Shown: positions 25,812 through 37,454 of the stretch, one piece after another
How positions within the stretch are numbered: position 1 is the stretch's first letter
Layout: each line of letters begins with the position of its first letter
DNA from: Dipteris shenzhenensis
Lineage: Eukaryota
Assembly (NCBI GenBank): GCA_047967505.1
Contig: CM106538.1
Length of the DNA: 64,000 nt
Reading direction: 5' to 3' (one strand)
Made by a program: the position numbers and the translations under genes
Notes under the pieces: generated by a model
What the model was told of the DNA's origin: nothing
The model's input: the letters and a program-made list of their open reading frames with translations, nothing else
Database searches by the model: none

Positions 25812-28800
25812 ATGGAATTCTTCGCCTCTCCCCCCCCTTCCTTTGAACCCCCCGCCCCTCCCTCCTCCACCCCTCCCTCCTCCTCCTCCTCCTCCTCCCT
25901 CGTCCCCCCCCCCCTTCCCCTCCCCTTCCACCCCGAATGGCATCGCCCCAGCGACACCGGCTTGGAAGGTCTGCTTCCTTCCCCCTCCCCTCTCCTGCTC
26001 CACCTTCTCCCTTGCCTCCTGTTACCCCCAGTCTGCTTTGCTCCATTGTCGCCCATGCCAACTCCCCCTCTCAGCAAACGATCCTTCAGATGCAATCGGC
26101 TTAGCATTGATCCTAGCATTGGTCCTGCTGAAATCCGCGACTCTGCCATCCCAGCTTCGATCGACCGTGCATTTTCTCTTCCTATCACTGTACGGCTGAA
26201 TCGTGCTCTGGGTTGTTTTGCAGAGACAATGTGGAGGCTCTCTATACGGCCACAGGAGGGGGTCGACTCTGCGTACCCAGAACGCCCTGGCGAGCCCGAT
26301 TGTCCCTACTACATGCGCACTGGTCTTTGCGGGTTCGGGATCAACTGTAAATTCAATCATCCACCGAACCGCAGACTGGTGAGAAATGCAATCGAAATGT
26401 GATTGTATGTCGGCTATGGTATTTGCCAGGATTGAACCCTTGTAACGAAATTCAAAGCAGAGTTTGCACAGCAAAGCTAAAGCTAGGGTTTTCGTAACAG
26501 TGTGCACACATGAGCGTCTTGCGAGGCACGCCTCGGGAATACCAGAATCGTACTTCTTCGTCGATCGAATAGTAGGATTTTTCTAAATCGGTCCCATCCA
26601 TGGCCATTTCGATGCCTATACTGGCCTTGTGTGTGATTGATTGCAGGCGTCGTCATCGGGAACGTCCCGAAGCAGAGGTGAATACCCGGAGAGGCTTGGA
26701 CAGCCGGACTGTCAGGTGTGTGGCTGCTATGAATGTTATTTTACATACACTAATCTATGCCAAGCCTGATCACTGAGGAAGGTGCTTTCATGCAATGCCG
26801 CCTAAATTTTGTATCCGCGGTGTCTTCCAATCTAAGTAGTTTTACGAGACACGCCCGAAGGCGAAGTCAGCCACTAAAATACTTAAGCTTAACCCCTCCT
26901 CTTCTCTTCTTAGTATTATCTGAAAACCGGTACCTGCAAGTTCGGAGCAACCTGTAAATACCATCATCCACGAGAAAAAGCTGGACTGGCAGGGAGAGCT
27001 CAATTGAATGTTCTCAATCTGCCTTTGCGGCCGGTAAGATGCCCGAAACCGATCCCGATACATGCAAGCATACACGTGTTTAGCAGTTAAACAGTTGTTA
27101 GATTCGTCTTGTCAACGCATTATGCATGCGGAAGCAGTTTTGTGTGGTATTTTACTTGAAAATCTTTTGCCACACAATTCCGTTCAGCAGAAACAGTTAT
27201 CCTTTTCAAAACCTGGGTGGAGCAGCTCGCCAGGGATGTTTATTGTCTGCAAGGAGCATTGCCAGGTTACCATGGACTTGCGTTAAGCAGGAAAAACAGT
27301 GCACTAAGTGTGTTAAGGAAGAGGGGGTACCGCATGCCAGTCTTGTGGTCAAAGAGTGGATGTAGCAGCTAGGGAGCATCTGTGTGGAATTTTACTGTTG
27401 AATTTGTGCAAGGAGCATTGCAAGATTACCTAGATTTGTATTAATCAGGGGAAAGAGTGCAATGAAAAGTGTTAGATTGTTCTAGATTTATCTTCTCAAG
27501 AATGGGGACTAGCAGCTAGCAAGTAATTGAGTGTAAGATTGATCAGGATTTATCTTCTCAAAGGGTGGGTGTAGCAGCAAGGGAAAATGTGTTGGGAATG
27601 TTAGTGTTGAATTGGTTCAAGGTGCTTTGCAAGATTGAGAGCATGGAGGGTTTGATATGGTGGCAGGGCGAGAAGGATTGTGCATATTACATGCGAACAG
27701 GGAATTGCAAGTATGGTGTGACATGCAAGTTCAATCATCCACAACCGGTCTCCATGCCCCCTTCCCCTATTTTTCCAGGATCAGGATCCGGTTCAGCTCC
27801 TGCCCCTCAGGCCTACCCTGCCGGATTGCCAGCTTGGACCATGGCCAGACCTCCCTACTACCCGCCCCCACGCCTCGCTGGACCCTCCAACTTTGCTCCT
27901 GTTTTTCTTCCCTCTCCTCAAAGTGTCCTCTCTGTACCGGGTTGGAGCCCTTACCAAGTAAGTTCCTCACCCTCTTCAAGGGTTTATTGCCGGTCAACTC
28001 GAGGATTAAACTCTTTGAATTTTGTCCTCTGCTGTATTCAGAAGATGCCACCCTTTCTCTCCTGCTTTTGCTTTGACCTGGCTGTTGATCCAGCAAATGG
28101 TCTCGGCATTGGATCCACTGATTCCAGATTGTGATGCTGAGGGTTGCAAAGCACATATTTGGCTTGATTTGCCACTTTTGATTGGATTTGAATATTGCAA
28201 AGCACATGGGTATTTGTCTATGTTTTTCTATGTTTTCTCACGCCTAAAAGGCATCCCCAACCTCCCTGCTGCATGGATGCTGGATTGTCAATTTCCTGCT
28301 CAGAATTTTACATTATGCTTGTTGGGAGACCCGATCAAACAAATTTTCCTGAAATTTTTATGGTTGTCCAGAGTTCTCTCGTAGCACAAGAGGGGCAGCA
28401 ACAAGCACTGCCATACATGTATAGTGCAGCGCCACCGCATGATCCTGTGGCCATGGGCTTGCATGCGGCCTTCCCTCCCTTCATGCAAGGCTCTTCTATG
28501 AGGCTACCGTCACCTTCTTCACCCTCCACAACTGCACCTCAAGAGGCTCTCTATCCTGAGAGGCCTGGGCAACCCGAATGCCATTACTACATGAGAACTG
28601 GGGAATGCAGGTTCGGCTCACAATGCAGGTTTCATCATCCCAGAGACAGAAATATTCCCGCACAAGCTAGTCTTCTGAGTCCTATGGGTCTTCCCTTGCG
28701 GCCGGTATGAGGTTTCTCTTGCAAGTCTTTGGCCTTGCTACTGGATCGGCTTTGTCTTACGTTCAATTTTGGTCAATCAATTGGCACTAGATCGTCTTTC

Positions 28801-29209
28801 TTGTCTTGCATTCTGATTGAGTTTGGTTTATGAACAGGGTCTTCCTCCTTGCACCTTCTACAGTCGATATGGTTTCTGCAAGTTCGGGCCGACTTGCAAA
28901 TTCGACCACCCATTTGTGCATCGTCCCTTTAGTGCCTCATCGCTTGTTGAAGTTCCTGTTGCTCAGTACGCCACGGGGGTGTCTGCATCCGCTGCCCCGA
29001 ATGTTCTTCCTTCTACCGAAACTCCCAGGGAGCTTCTGAGACATCCTTCAACCAGCGCCACAGGAGGCTTCGTCAGCGACCTGGCATTATCCTCATCGGC
29101 AGGTGCTAGCAGGCCATCTTCTTCGAGACAAACTTTGGAAGAGGGTGACGTTTTGTCGGAAGATGCTGCAGCAAGTAGCCCACAAGGCGACATCCACGGT
29201 TCGTCATAA
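25812..29209 (+). CDS. Tandem CCCH (C-x8-C-x5-C-x3-H) zinc-finger protein with 5 fingers, ZFN1/C3H32/33/58-like; 7 exons, ~498 aa
   Basis: Exons 25812-25968, 26224-26378, 26647-26715, 26914-27033, 27667-27957, 28372-28704, 28838-29209. All introns GT-AG, frame continuous (1497 nt). Motifs [104 protein letters not shown]. The exon 6 acceptor is the least certain boundary. Confidence 0.93.
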
Positions 29210-31684
29210 CATCTCATTGGAATTCCTTATGGTGCTCTCGGAGAACGGCGAAGTATTAGAAAGGTGGCAACGAAGTCTACTGTGAGCTGGCTGATTCCTC
29301 GCTCGTCGTCGTCGTCCTTTCTTGCCTTTCCTGCGTGAACGCGTCCATGAAGATTCAAGCTACAACTCATTCATTTTTTGTTCTCATTTTTCCTCCACTT
29401 CGGGTCTAAATAATTGGAACTATAGCAGCCATTCGTCGGTGAGGGCGGCACTGCTTTCTTGTAAGATCCCTGTAGAATGAAAGAAAGCATCGTCCTCGCT
29501 CTCGCCGAAAAGCACATCCTGCTTATTGGATATCTAGCCCAGATAGGTAAATGCGAAGGCGAGCAGACCTTTGGACGGCGACGCACTCCAAGTTCGCAAG
29601 AACCAGCAGTAAAGCAAAAGCTTTTGCCTGGCAAGCTGGATCCGACTAGCCTGAAAGGATCTCGCAAATCTCTGGGACACAAAAAATGTGGGGAAAGGCG
29701 TAGCAGGAGCGGCAAGCAAAGCAATTCTTGGGTTTTGGAGTCGAGTCGTGTTTGGATTCGCCGTTGGATGATTGATGCACTCATTGATGAGGGCGAAAGT
29801 GATCGATCGCCCAAAGCTCTGTTCTGGGATATGAATAAAAAAAGCTGCCATGTCTTCGGAAGGTTTTTGTTGTCGGTGGAGCAAGCGCGGTCGTGTGATT
29901 GAATTGAGATCGCCGACGTCGCAAATGGTTGTGGCCAATGCCGGAATTGTTGAGGGGTGTCCGAAGTGGGAGCGATTGCAACTGCGAAAGTCGTGATGCG
30001 ATCGTCCAGCGCGCCTCGATTCTAGGGTCGCCGTAGTACGTGATGGCAGAGCGCGTTTGATAATTTGATTCTTCTCGTTGCTTGCACCGGCGTACGTATC
30101 TTGAATGTCTTCCACTTTTATACTGTCACTGCGTGCCTGCGTGAATGCTTGGGATGTGCCGATATGCATAGTTTTTCGTCTCGTCCGGAAGGCGTGGGTG
30201 CTCGAAATTTTGCCGTCACAATTTACAACGTCGCTGCCGCGCACAAAAAGCACTGCGCACAGCTGTGGGTGTCCTGCGCGGTGATGTGCTGAACTGCAGA
30301 TGGTGCACTTGGCGCTCCTATGGGTGGGATGGTGTACCACTCGTGCATGTGTGCGTGAGGGCATGTGTGAGTGAATACTTTCACAAAAAACCAAAAAAGA
30401 ATATCTCATGAATGGGCGCGGTATTGGGGAATTGCCAGCAGAGGCCTTTCCCTCGAGTAAAGTGCCCTTTTTGCATGTGCCATCATCGCACCGCGGAGAC
30501 TTACTCGAGCTCTACTGGAGCCCTTGATGTATGTGTGCATCTGTCGTGATCGCGCTTGCTCTTCACATGCCATGAACTCAAAGGACATCAAGTGAATGCT
30601 ACATATTGTGTGCGCTTGTGCTCATTCATAAGACGCATTTGTCTCATTCGTATGACCTCCTTGGACTTATGGGCATGGTGCGTATTGTATATGTATGAGT
30701 GTTCATCATGATCGCACTTGCTCTACACTTGAAGTTGAGCTTGAGAGTTGTCGTGCCCTTACACGGGTCTAAACTCTCCATAAGAACATCACACACTTGT
30801 TAGTGCCTTAAGACTTTCCTTGACAGTTATTGTGCCCTTTGCAGCTCTCCTTGACCAACAATGCTACCTTGTCTTACAACACTACCTCGATTGCCTACTC
30901 AAGGAGACTCACATTCTTTGATTGGATATATTCTAGTCTTACAAAGGTATATTCGAAGTGTGGCCTTACTATGGATTGCTCACTTATTCTCTTTGTGAGT
31001 AGCTTGTGTTGACTCCATGCATGTTCATGAGTCAACACTTGTTCTAAGGCCCTTTATGGATAGGTCTATGGAATATCATGTTGCCATTGAACCTTGGCCC
31101 TACTAGCTCAATGCACATTGCAATTGTGGATAGGGAATTGAAAGCAAGAAGCCCTTTTTGTGTTGATCTAAGGGGTGGGAATCTTGCCTTAGTAGGGGCA
31201 ACCTCATCTACCTAGAGCTTTCTCCACATGTGGGTGTGTTCAAGTCATTTTTGTAATTTTGTAAGGGTCTTCCCTCATGGAGGAGAAAAAGAGGGGCAAT
31301 AAGGTGGCTTTTTTGGCTATTTTCCCCTTGCCAGAGCATATTTTGGAAGTTTTTCCCTTGGTGCATGACACAACAATCTAAGTGGGAATAAGAGAGGACT
31401 ATAAAGAAATCACATCAAGAGTAAAGGGTGTCGCCCTTAGGTCTAGAGCATGGAGTGCTCCTTTCCATGGTACCAGCTATTTCCCACACAATCCCTCCAT
31501 TTCTCATGGTGTATTTTGCATAGCTCCTCGTCATGATGATGCCCCTCTGTCTCATTCAGTGATGGACGTTTCACAACTGCTTGATTCTTATGCGGACATT
31601 ACCAAGCATGGTGAGTGGGGTACGGGTGATTTGATCTCCTTTGATTGCTTAGCAAAGGATTTGTCGGATATTAATGAAAAGTAG

Positions 31685-32250
31685 CATGTTGTGTCGGATA
31701 CATCTCAGGTTGATAGTTGGGTGTTTAAAGCCCAGTTGCCTATCCCCCCTGACAACCTTTGTCGTGAGTACAACCGCCTTCATGGCATAGATTCAAACCA
31801 ACGTACAAATTCTTCTTCCAACGGGACTCTACCCATGAAATGCTCCCTCAAGGACTATTGCTTTTAGGCAAAGGTTTTGTTTTGGGCATCACTTGCCTCT
31901 GTTGCTGAACGTGACTTGGTGTTGTCGTGCTCAATCAATTTTAGGGAAAATTTGGTCTATTCCCTTCCTTGGTTTGCTACCTTTTCCATTGACAAAGTAC
32001 TTTAGCACCATTGTTTGGTTTGGATGCACTTCCTTGGCCTTCACAAGCTATTCATGCCTCAGTTGCATGGTACTGCTTTAGCTTTGGGATGTGTTCTCTA
32101 TATCCCTCCTTCTCAGCCCAAGCGTCTCAGTGCTAAAGTATGTATTCTTTGGGATCATCGGGAGGAGCCTCCGTCCCAGCTATCGCTTTCTCTACTTAAT
32201 GATTGGGAAATTTTGCTTAGTGTCTCCTTTGGTCCTTTCCTCGATGTTGT
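31685..32250 (+). pseudogene. Probable LINE (L1) ORF1 remnant (DUF4283-adjacent region)
   Basis: LPWF..LVWMHFLGLHKLFMPQLHGTALALGCVL..AKVCILWD..PSQLSL resembles the VWV-L-GLP..IG..ARVCV-ID pattern of plant L1 ORF1. Confidence 0.45.
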
Positions 32251-32867
32251 TATCGGTGTAAGTAGAGTGGCCATTGTGCACGTTTGTGTCCTACTCGGGT
32301 TACTCATGAGTCTCACTCGCCATCGGCTCCTACTCATGATGTTCTTGTTGCAATTGTTCTTGCAATTGTTCCTGGCGTAGGTGTTGCCATTGTCGTCTTG
32401 CCTATGGGTGTGGGTGCTCCGCTCAATCCTAGCACTACAAATGATTGTCAATTGCTTGCCCATAGAATGTCAGATTTGCTAGACACAAATGTACATGATT
32501 GAGTTACGGTTGTTGGTCCTTTCGTCGTCACTAGTAATAGTAACCATACCAGAGTCTCTTAAGTTCAAGGTCAAGTTATGCATGTGGTTAAGCACATGGT
32601 TTCGAGTAGTGGCCATGTGGTTGAAACTCATGCCAAATTTGTGACTCCTTCACACGAGAACACTAATTCGAGGCCCTTTTGAGACCCCATTTCTCCCCTA
32701 ATGTATGCCTTAACCTCAGTTATGTACACAATAGTCAACATATATATACGAGAAACAAAGAAGATAAGGGTGATTGAGCACCCACCACATCGGCCTCCTG
32801 GTTCTCTCTCCCCCTTCTCCGTTGCCCATTGCCCTCTTGGTTTCAGCTTCCGTTGTGTGCTCACAAC

Positions 32868-32879
32868 TGGTATTAGAGC
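32868..32879 (+). other. PBS (tRNA-iMet) of the copia element
   Basis: TGGTATTAGAGC, one mismatch from TGGTATCAGAGC, 2 nt after the LTR CA. Confidence 0.85.
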
Positions 32880-34132
32880 TATCGTTCCTTGCCTTCTTGC
32901 CACCCTCCTCTACTTTCCTATTGCTATGTGGAAGCTTGCAGGAGAGCTTCTATTTGCTTGTGGCTTCGAAACGGAGGAAGGGAATCTCGTTTTTCTTGTT
33001 GCACTAGTGATTTCCAGCTTGCTGCCTACTTTCCAGAGCTTCTTTCTTGCTCGTTTCTAGCTTAGGAAGGGTTTTCTTTGTCTGTAGTTGCTGTGTGTGG
33101 AGTCTCCTACTGAATGAATTTAGTATTATTTTTAGCCAGTTTTAAGCCTAGAACTTGAATTTTGATGCAGAGACTAAGGCAATATTCCTCTTGTGTTCAT
33201 TGCCATCCTTATGGGATACCTTTCATATAGTTGTCAGTAACTCTGCACTTGGTGGAGTATTGAAGTTTGATGATGTTGTGGGTAGCTTGTTGGTCGAGGA
33301 GATTAGACGGAAGTCTATGGATGGCAACAAAAAGGATACAGCCTTAAATGTGCAAAGGGACAGATCACAGTTTAGGGGGAAGTCTCAAGAAAGAGGGAAG
33401 TCTCGTACCAAATCTAGGGCAGAGAACATTGAGTGTTACTATTGTGGCAAGAAGGACCACATGAAAAAGGATTGCAAAAGGATAAGAAAAATAATGCAAA
33501 TTAGGGTGCAAATAAGAAGAAAGAGAGTCCAAGGGAGGACAAAGGAAAAGTGAAGATCGAGGAGATCGATGCAGTTACTGATAATAGTGACAATGGCATT
33601 CTTTTCATGTCTAGTCTATCTACAGAGTTACTTACCACTTCAGATGATGCATATTCTTAGGATTGGATTTTGGATTCCGGTTCTTCATTCCATGTTACTC
33701 CCTATAGGGAATGGATCTTCACTTATGACAGTGGAAAGACAGGTAGTGTGCATCTTGGAGATAACTATGCATGTGACGTAGTGGGAGCAGGTGACAAAGT
33801 TTTCTTTTGCAAATGGGTTTGCATTTGGTTTGAAAAATGTGAGACGTGCCTAAACTGACCAAGAGTCTCATTTCTGCGGATCAGCTAGATGGATCAGCTA
33901 GATGATGCTAGTTTTTAGACCACCTTTGGCTTTCAGAGTTAGAAAATTCAGAAGGGCTCTATGGTTTTGGAAAGAGGTTCCAAGTGTGGGACATTGTATC
34001 CTTTACTTGTACCAAGGGTGTCTAATCATATTGTTGCAATAAGCGACTAGCCAAGTACTTCTTTGTGGCATTGTCAGTTGGGACACATGAGCTAGAATGG
34101 AATGAAACTCTTATGTCGTTTGGGTTATGTAC

Positions 34133-35117
34133 TGCTATGGATAAATTTGACCAAAGTAAAAAGGCATAAATTTGAGTGTGTGTTTGTATGTGTGGCAATA
34201 GTATAATCAAATATGGTGTGCATAGGGCCCAGGGCTAAGGTGGTAGGGCATAACCATGTGCCACCCTTTCACGTAAGAGGACCCATAAGGTGTGATGTAC
34301 ATAATCCATCATAGTAATATTATAAAATGTAAGGTGGCATGGCTCCTCCATGTGTCACCCTCCACCTAAGCTGCATTTAGTGAGATATGGCCCAAAGTCC
34401 ATGGGAGAAGTAATATAAAATAGGTGGAGATGGATATTATATTGGGTTATTCCCTCCATATAGGATAGGCCCATGTGGGGGAGGTATAGAAGGTTTAAGA
34501 GTGCAAGTTAAATAATGGGGAAAGTAGGATGAGGTGGCAAGACTCCTTGTGCTAACCCTCCACTTGTCCTCCTAGATGTTTGAACATATTATAAAATTGG
34601 GAAGAGACCAAGGGAGTCTCATAGACTTGGGATATGGGAGTTGATATATGTGGAAAAATGTGACCAAACGTTATCGCACACAATTGAGAGTGCGAACCGC
34701 CTAGCCCACATGGAAGACTCTTCCACACACACCATGCATGTGGGAGGATGCATTTATTGGAAGAGACCCCCTCTCTTGGCTATAAAAGGAGTGGGCTATT
34801 CCTTGATGGGACACGCTCATTCTTGTAAAGCCACCTAGCTAGTACTTTGATTTCCCCTTCCCTTCTTTTCAAATAAAGCATGGTCCTCTTTCGTTGATGT
34901 CTCCATCTTTACATTCCTCCTCCGATCATGTACATGCTTCTCTTCCCCCACTCCCTTTCCCCTTGTGCCATAGTCTCCCTCTTCATTCCCTCGCCTTCTA
35001 ATCCCTTTTCCCCTCCCATGATAATGTTCGCTCTCACGTTCTCCTTTCGTCTATGGCCCTTGAGCGTCGCGATGCTTAGTGTCTAACCTCTTGTCCTGAT
35101 TTCTTTTCTGGCTAACA
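34133..35117 (+). repeat. 5' LTR of element B
   Basis: TGCTATGG...GCTAACA; matches 41984-42957. Confidence 0.95.
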
Positions 35118-35121
35118 GAAA

Positions 35122-35139
35122 TGGTGTGGTTGCTGGGAT
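35122..35139 (+). other. PBS of element B, complementary to plant tRNA-His
   Basis: TGGTGTGGTTGCTGGGAT versus TGGTGTGGCTGCTGGGAT, the reverse complement of the plant tRNA-His(GUG) 3' end as I recall it. Confidence 0.7.
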
Positions 35140-36494
35140 CGAAATCTCCACGGCTAGTGGTGTAAAATCTGTTACTCCTATGACTGGGTGTGGCTCTGCG
35201 GCCTCTTCTGTGCACAGTTCTCTACTTTTGGACCTCCAAACTGTGTGCCTTCCCTGTCTCTACGGCTACAAAACCTCCTTGCTTCTGCACTTTCAGTTTG
35301 TTTGCTTTCTGCTTGTGGTTCCTACGTGTATTTTGGTTAGCGAATCTTCTGCTCGTACTGATCGCATTTGTAGAACTGTAAGATCTGTGCTTCTACGTGC
35401 GTATTCATGCATCCACTGTGTATATGCGCGTGCATCGCAGACAGATCGTGACAGTTTTTTGGGCTCCTGCATCTTCTGGTCATGGACAGTTTTTCTGGGT
35501 TTCTGTAAAACTGTCACAGACCCCACATTCCCTCTCTCTCCTCTTTCTCTTTCTCTTCTCCTTCTCCTCTTCTCTCCTCTCTTTTTATTAAAGAGTAGGA
35601 TTTGGACCCAAGACCTCCCCCTTCACAAAGGAAGACTTATCATTGGGCCAATAAGTAGGAAGTGATGAAAATGTAATGATTTTTGCTTATATATTGAAAT
35701 CTTGGGAACTGTAACTCTATAACCGTGGGGAGTTTACTCTTGCTGTAAAAAGAAAAAGTATTTTATTTCATGTGCTCTATTCACATCTCCTAATAGATTA
35801 TCGATTCGGAACTTTTCCAAGTTCACTTCATGGACGCACGCCACATGAGGAGGGTGGATATTTATGTCACTTCTCGACGAGTTTAAGGATTTGGTGCTTG
35901 GTCCTCCGCTCATTACGGCTACCAATTAGCGAGATCTCTTTCCTGATCTTCATGTCGGCCTTCAATGGTTGATTGCCCACTGCATTGTTCAAGGAGACGA
36001 CGGGTGGGATGATACACCATGGATGATTCAAGGTGAAGAACTAGTGATACGCTCGGAGAACTTTGATTTTATTTTACTCATTGTGTGGTGATCAAGCTAC
36101 TTGCTGCTTCGAAGGTAATTAGAAGGGTGTCCTTCTTCAAAGGGTGGGATACTCCCTAAGCTTGGGGGGAGATTTGGTGCATCTGCCTATTAATTCTTGT
36201 GGATAAGCTCGTCTTGAATGGTTTATTCTCAATCTCACTACAAAGGTTTCTAGGCCTCGCTCGGCTATGGTTGGTAATGTTTCGACCAAGGAATCCATTT
36301 GTACCTAATCAACCTTTTGTGCCTCATTTCGAGCTTCAAGTTGTAATTCTTTTTAGTCTAAAGATAAACTATCAACAAAGGATTATAAGTTTATTTGGTG
36401 CTGAACGTTTGGCTCAAGTATTGAATTCTTCCCACCCTCTCCTTCTACCTATCTTGGACTAAACTTGGGATGTCCGAATTTTAGTCTTGGTGTG

Positions 36495-37227
36495 ATGACA
36501 TCTTGGATCCTTCAATTCGATGGAGCTTACAAATCTTCGACCAAGGCTGCTGGCGTGGGTGTAAAGCTCACTTCACCAGGTGGTGAGGAGTATTGTTATA
36601 GCAAGTCTGCACTTGCAAGTACTTGCAACCAAGCTGAGTACTCGGCACTCATTTTTGGGCTACAAAAGGCACAAGAACATCACGTCAAGCAACTTGAGGT
36701 GCAAGGAGATTCTTAACTAATGTGTGAACAAGTTAGTGGAAGGTGGAAGGTACGGAGCAAAGGCTTAGTTCCACGACATCAACAAGCATTGGAACTGTGC
36801 CAATAATTTGAAGAGGTAAAAATTCAGCATATCCCTCGAGCTCAAAATATAGTCGCTGATTTCTTGGCACGTGAAGCTTGTACTTCAATCACGCATGACG
36901 CGAGTGGAAGCACCACCCCAACAAAGCTGCAAGCCACGAAGGAGGGTGATCATTTGTAAGAAATGCAAAGGTTGTGGTCATCATGAAACTAAGTGTTGAT
37001 ATGAGTTTACCGACTTCGAAAGATCATCAAAAAGGTCCTCAAGGACATTGCTCAAAAGAAGGATGCCAGACCACACAACCCTTGAAGAAATAGTATGGCG
37101 ATTACAAGAACTGGAAGAAGCTGAAGGTGATGTGCAAGCTCTCCAACTGTTGACATTTGTCATGGCATTCTTGTTTGCCTTGATGAACAACCTCATGCAA
37201 CGCCGTGTCTCTAACCCTCGCTTGTAA
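36495..37227 (+). pseudogene. Extra ORF upstream of gag: archaeal-type RNase H1 plus CCHC zinc knuckle
   Basis: MTSWILQFDGA..TCNQAEYSALIFGL..VQGDS*L..KIQHIPRAQNIVADFLAREA, then after a frameshift CKKCKGCGHHETKC (36955-36996) and a helical/hydrophobic tail. Confidence 0.85.
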
Positions 37228-37454
37228 AGATGGATGCGATATCATGAGGGTTGGTCCTTTTAAGATTGTCTATGAGCAATTCTATGCTAAAGATTCTTCC
37301 CGTATAGTATTTCACAATACACCAGTCATACCCTACCTTGGCTATGTGTGCTTTGTGGATGTATCTTCACCTGATTTTCAGTTCAAGCTTCCTCTTTCCA
37401 TTGTTTGCCCATAGATAAGCCTAATTTCGTCTCTCTCTTTTCCATTTTCCAAGC

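Noticed and set aside
25381-26507. Long overlapping ORFs (257 aa +, 217 aa -, 161 aa -)
   Set aside because: Low-complexity alternative frames of the CCCH gene's pyrimidine-rich leader and first exons; no domain.
27240-27600. Degenerate internal repeats in intron 4 of the CCCH gene
   Set aside because: Short and diverged (gcaaggagcattgc twice, tagcagc three times); no evidence of an RNA gene or element.
28090-28145. Possible extra small exon in intron 5
   Set aside because: AG and GT sites exist, but there is no homology support and the frame is complete without it.
29534-30409. 291-aa minus-strand ORF
   Set aside because: No recognisable motif; long ORFs are expected by chance in GC-rich sequence.
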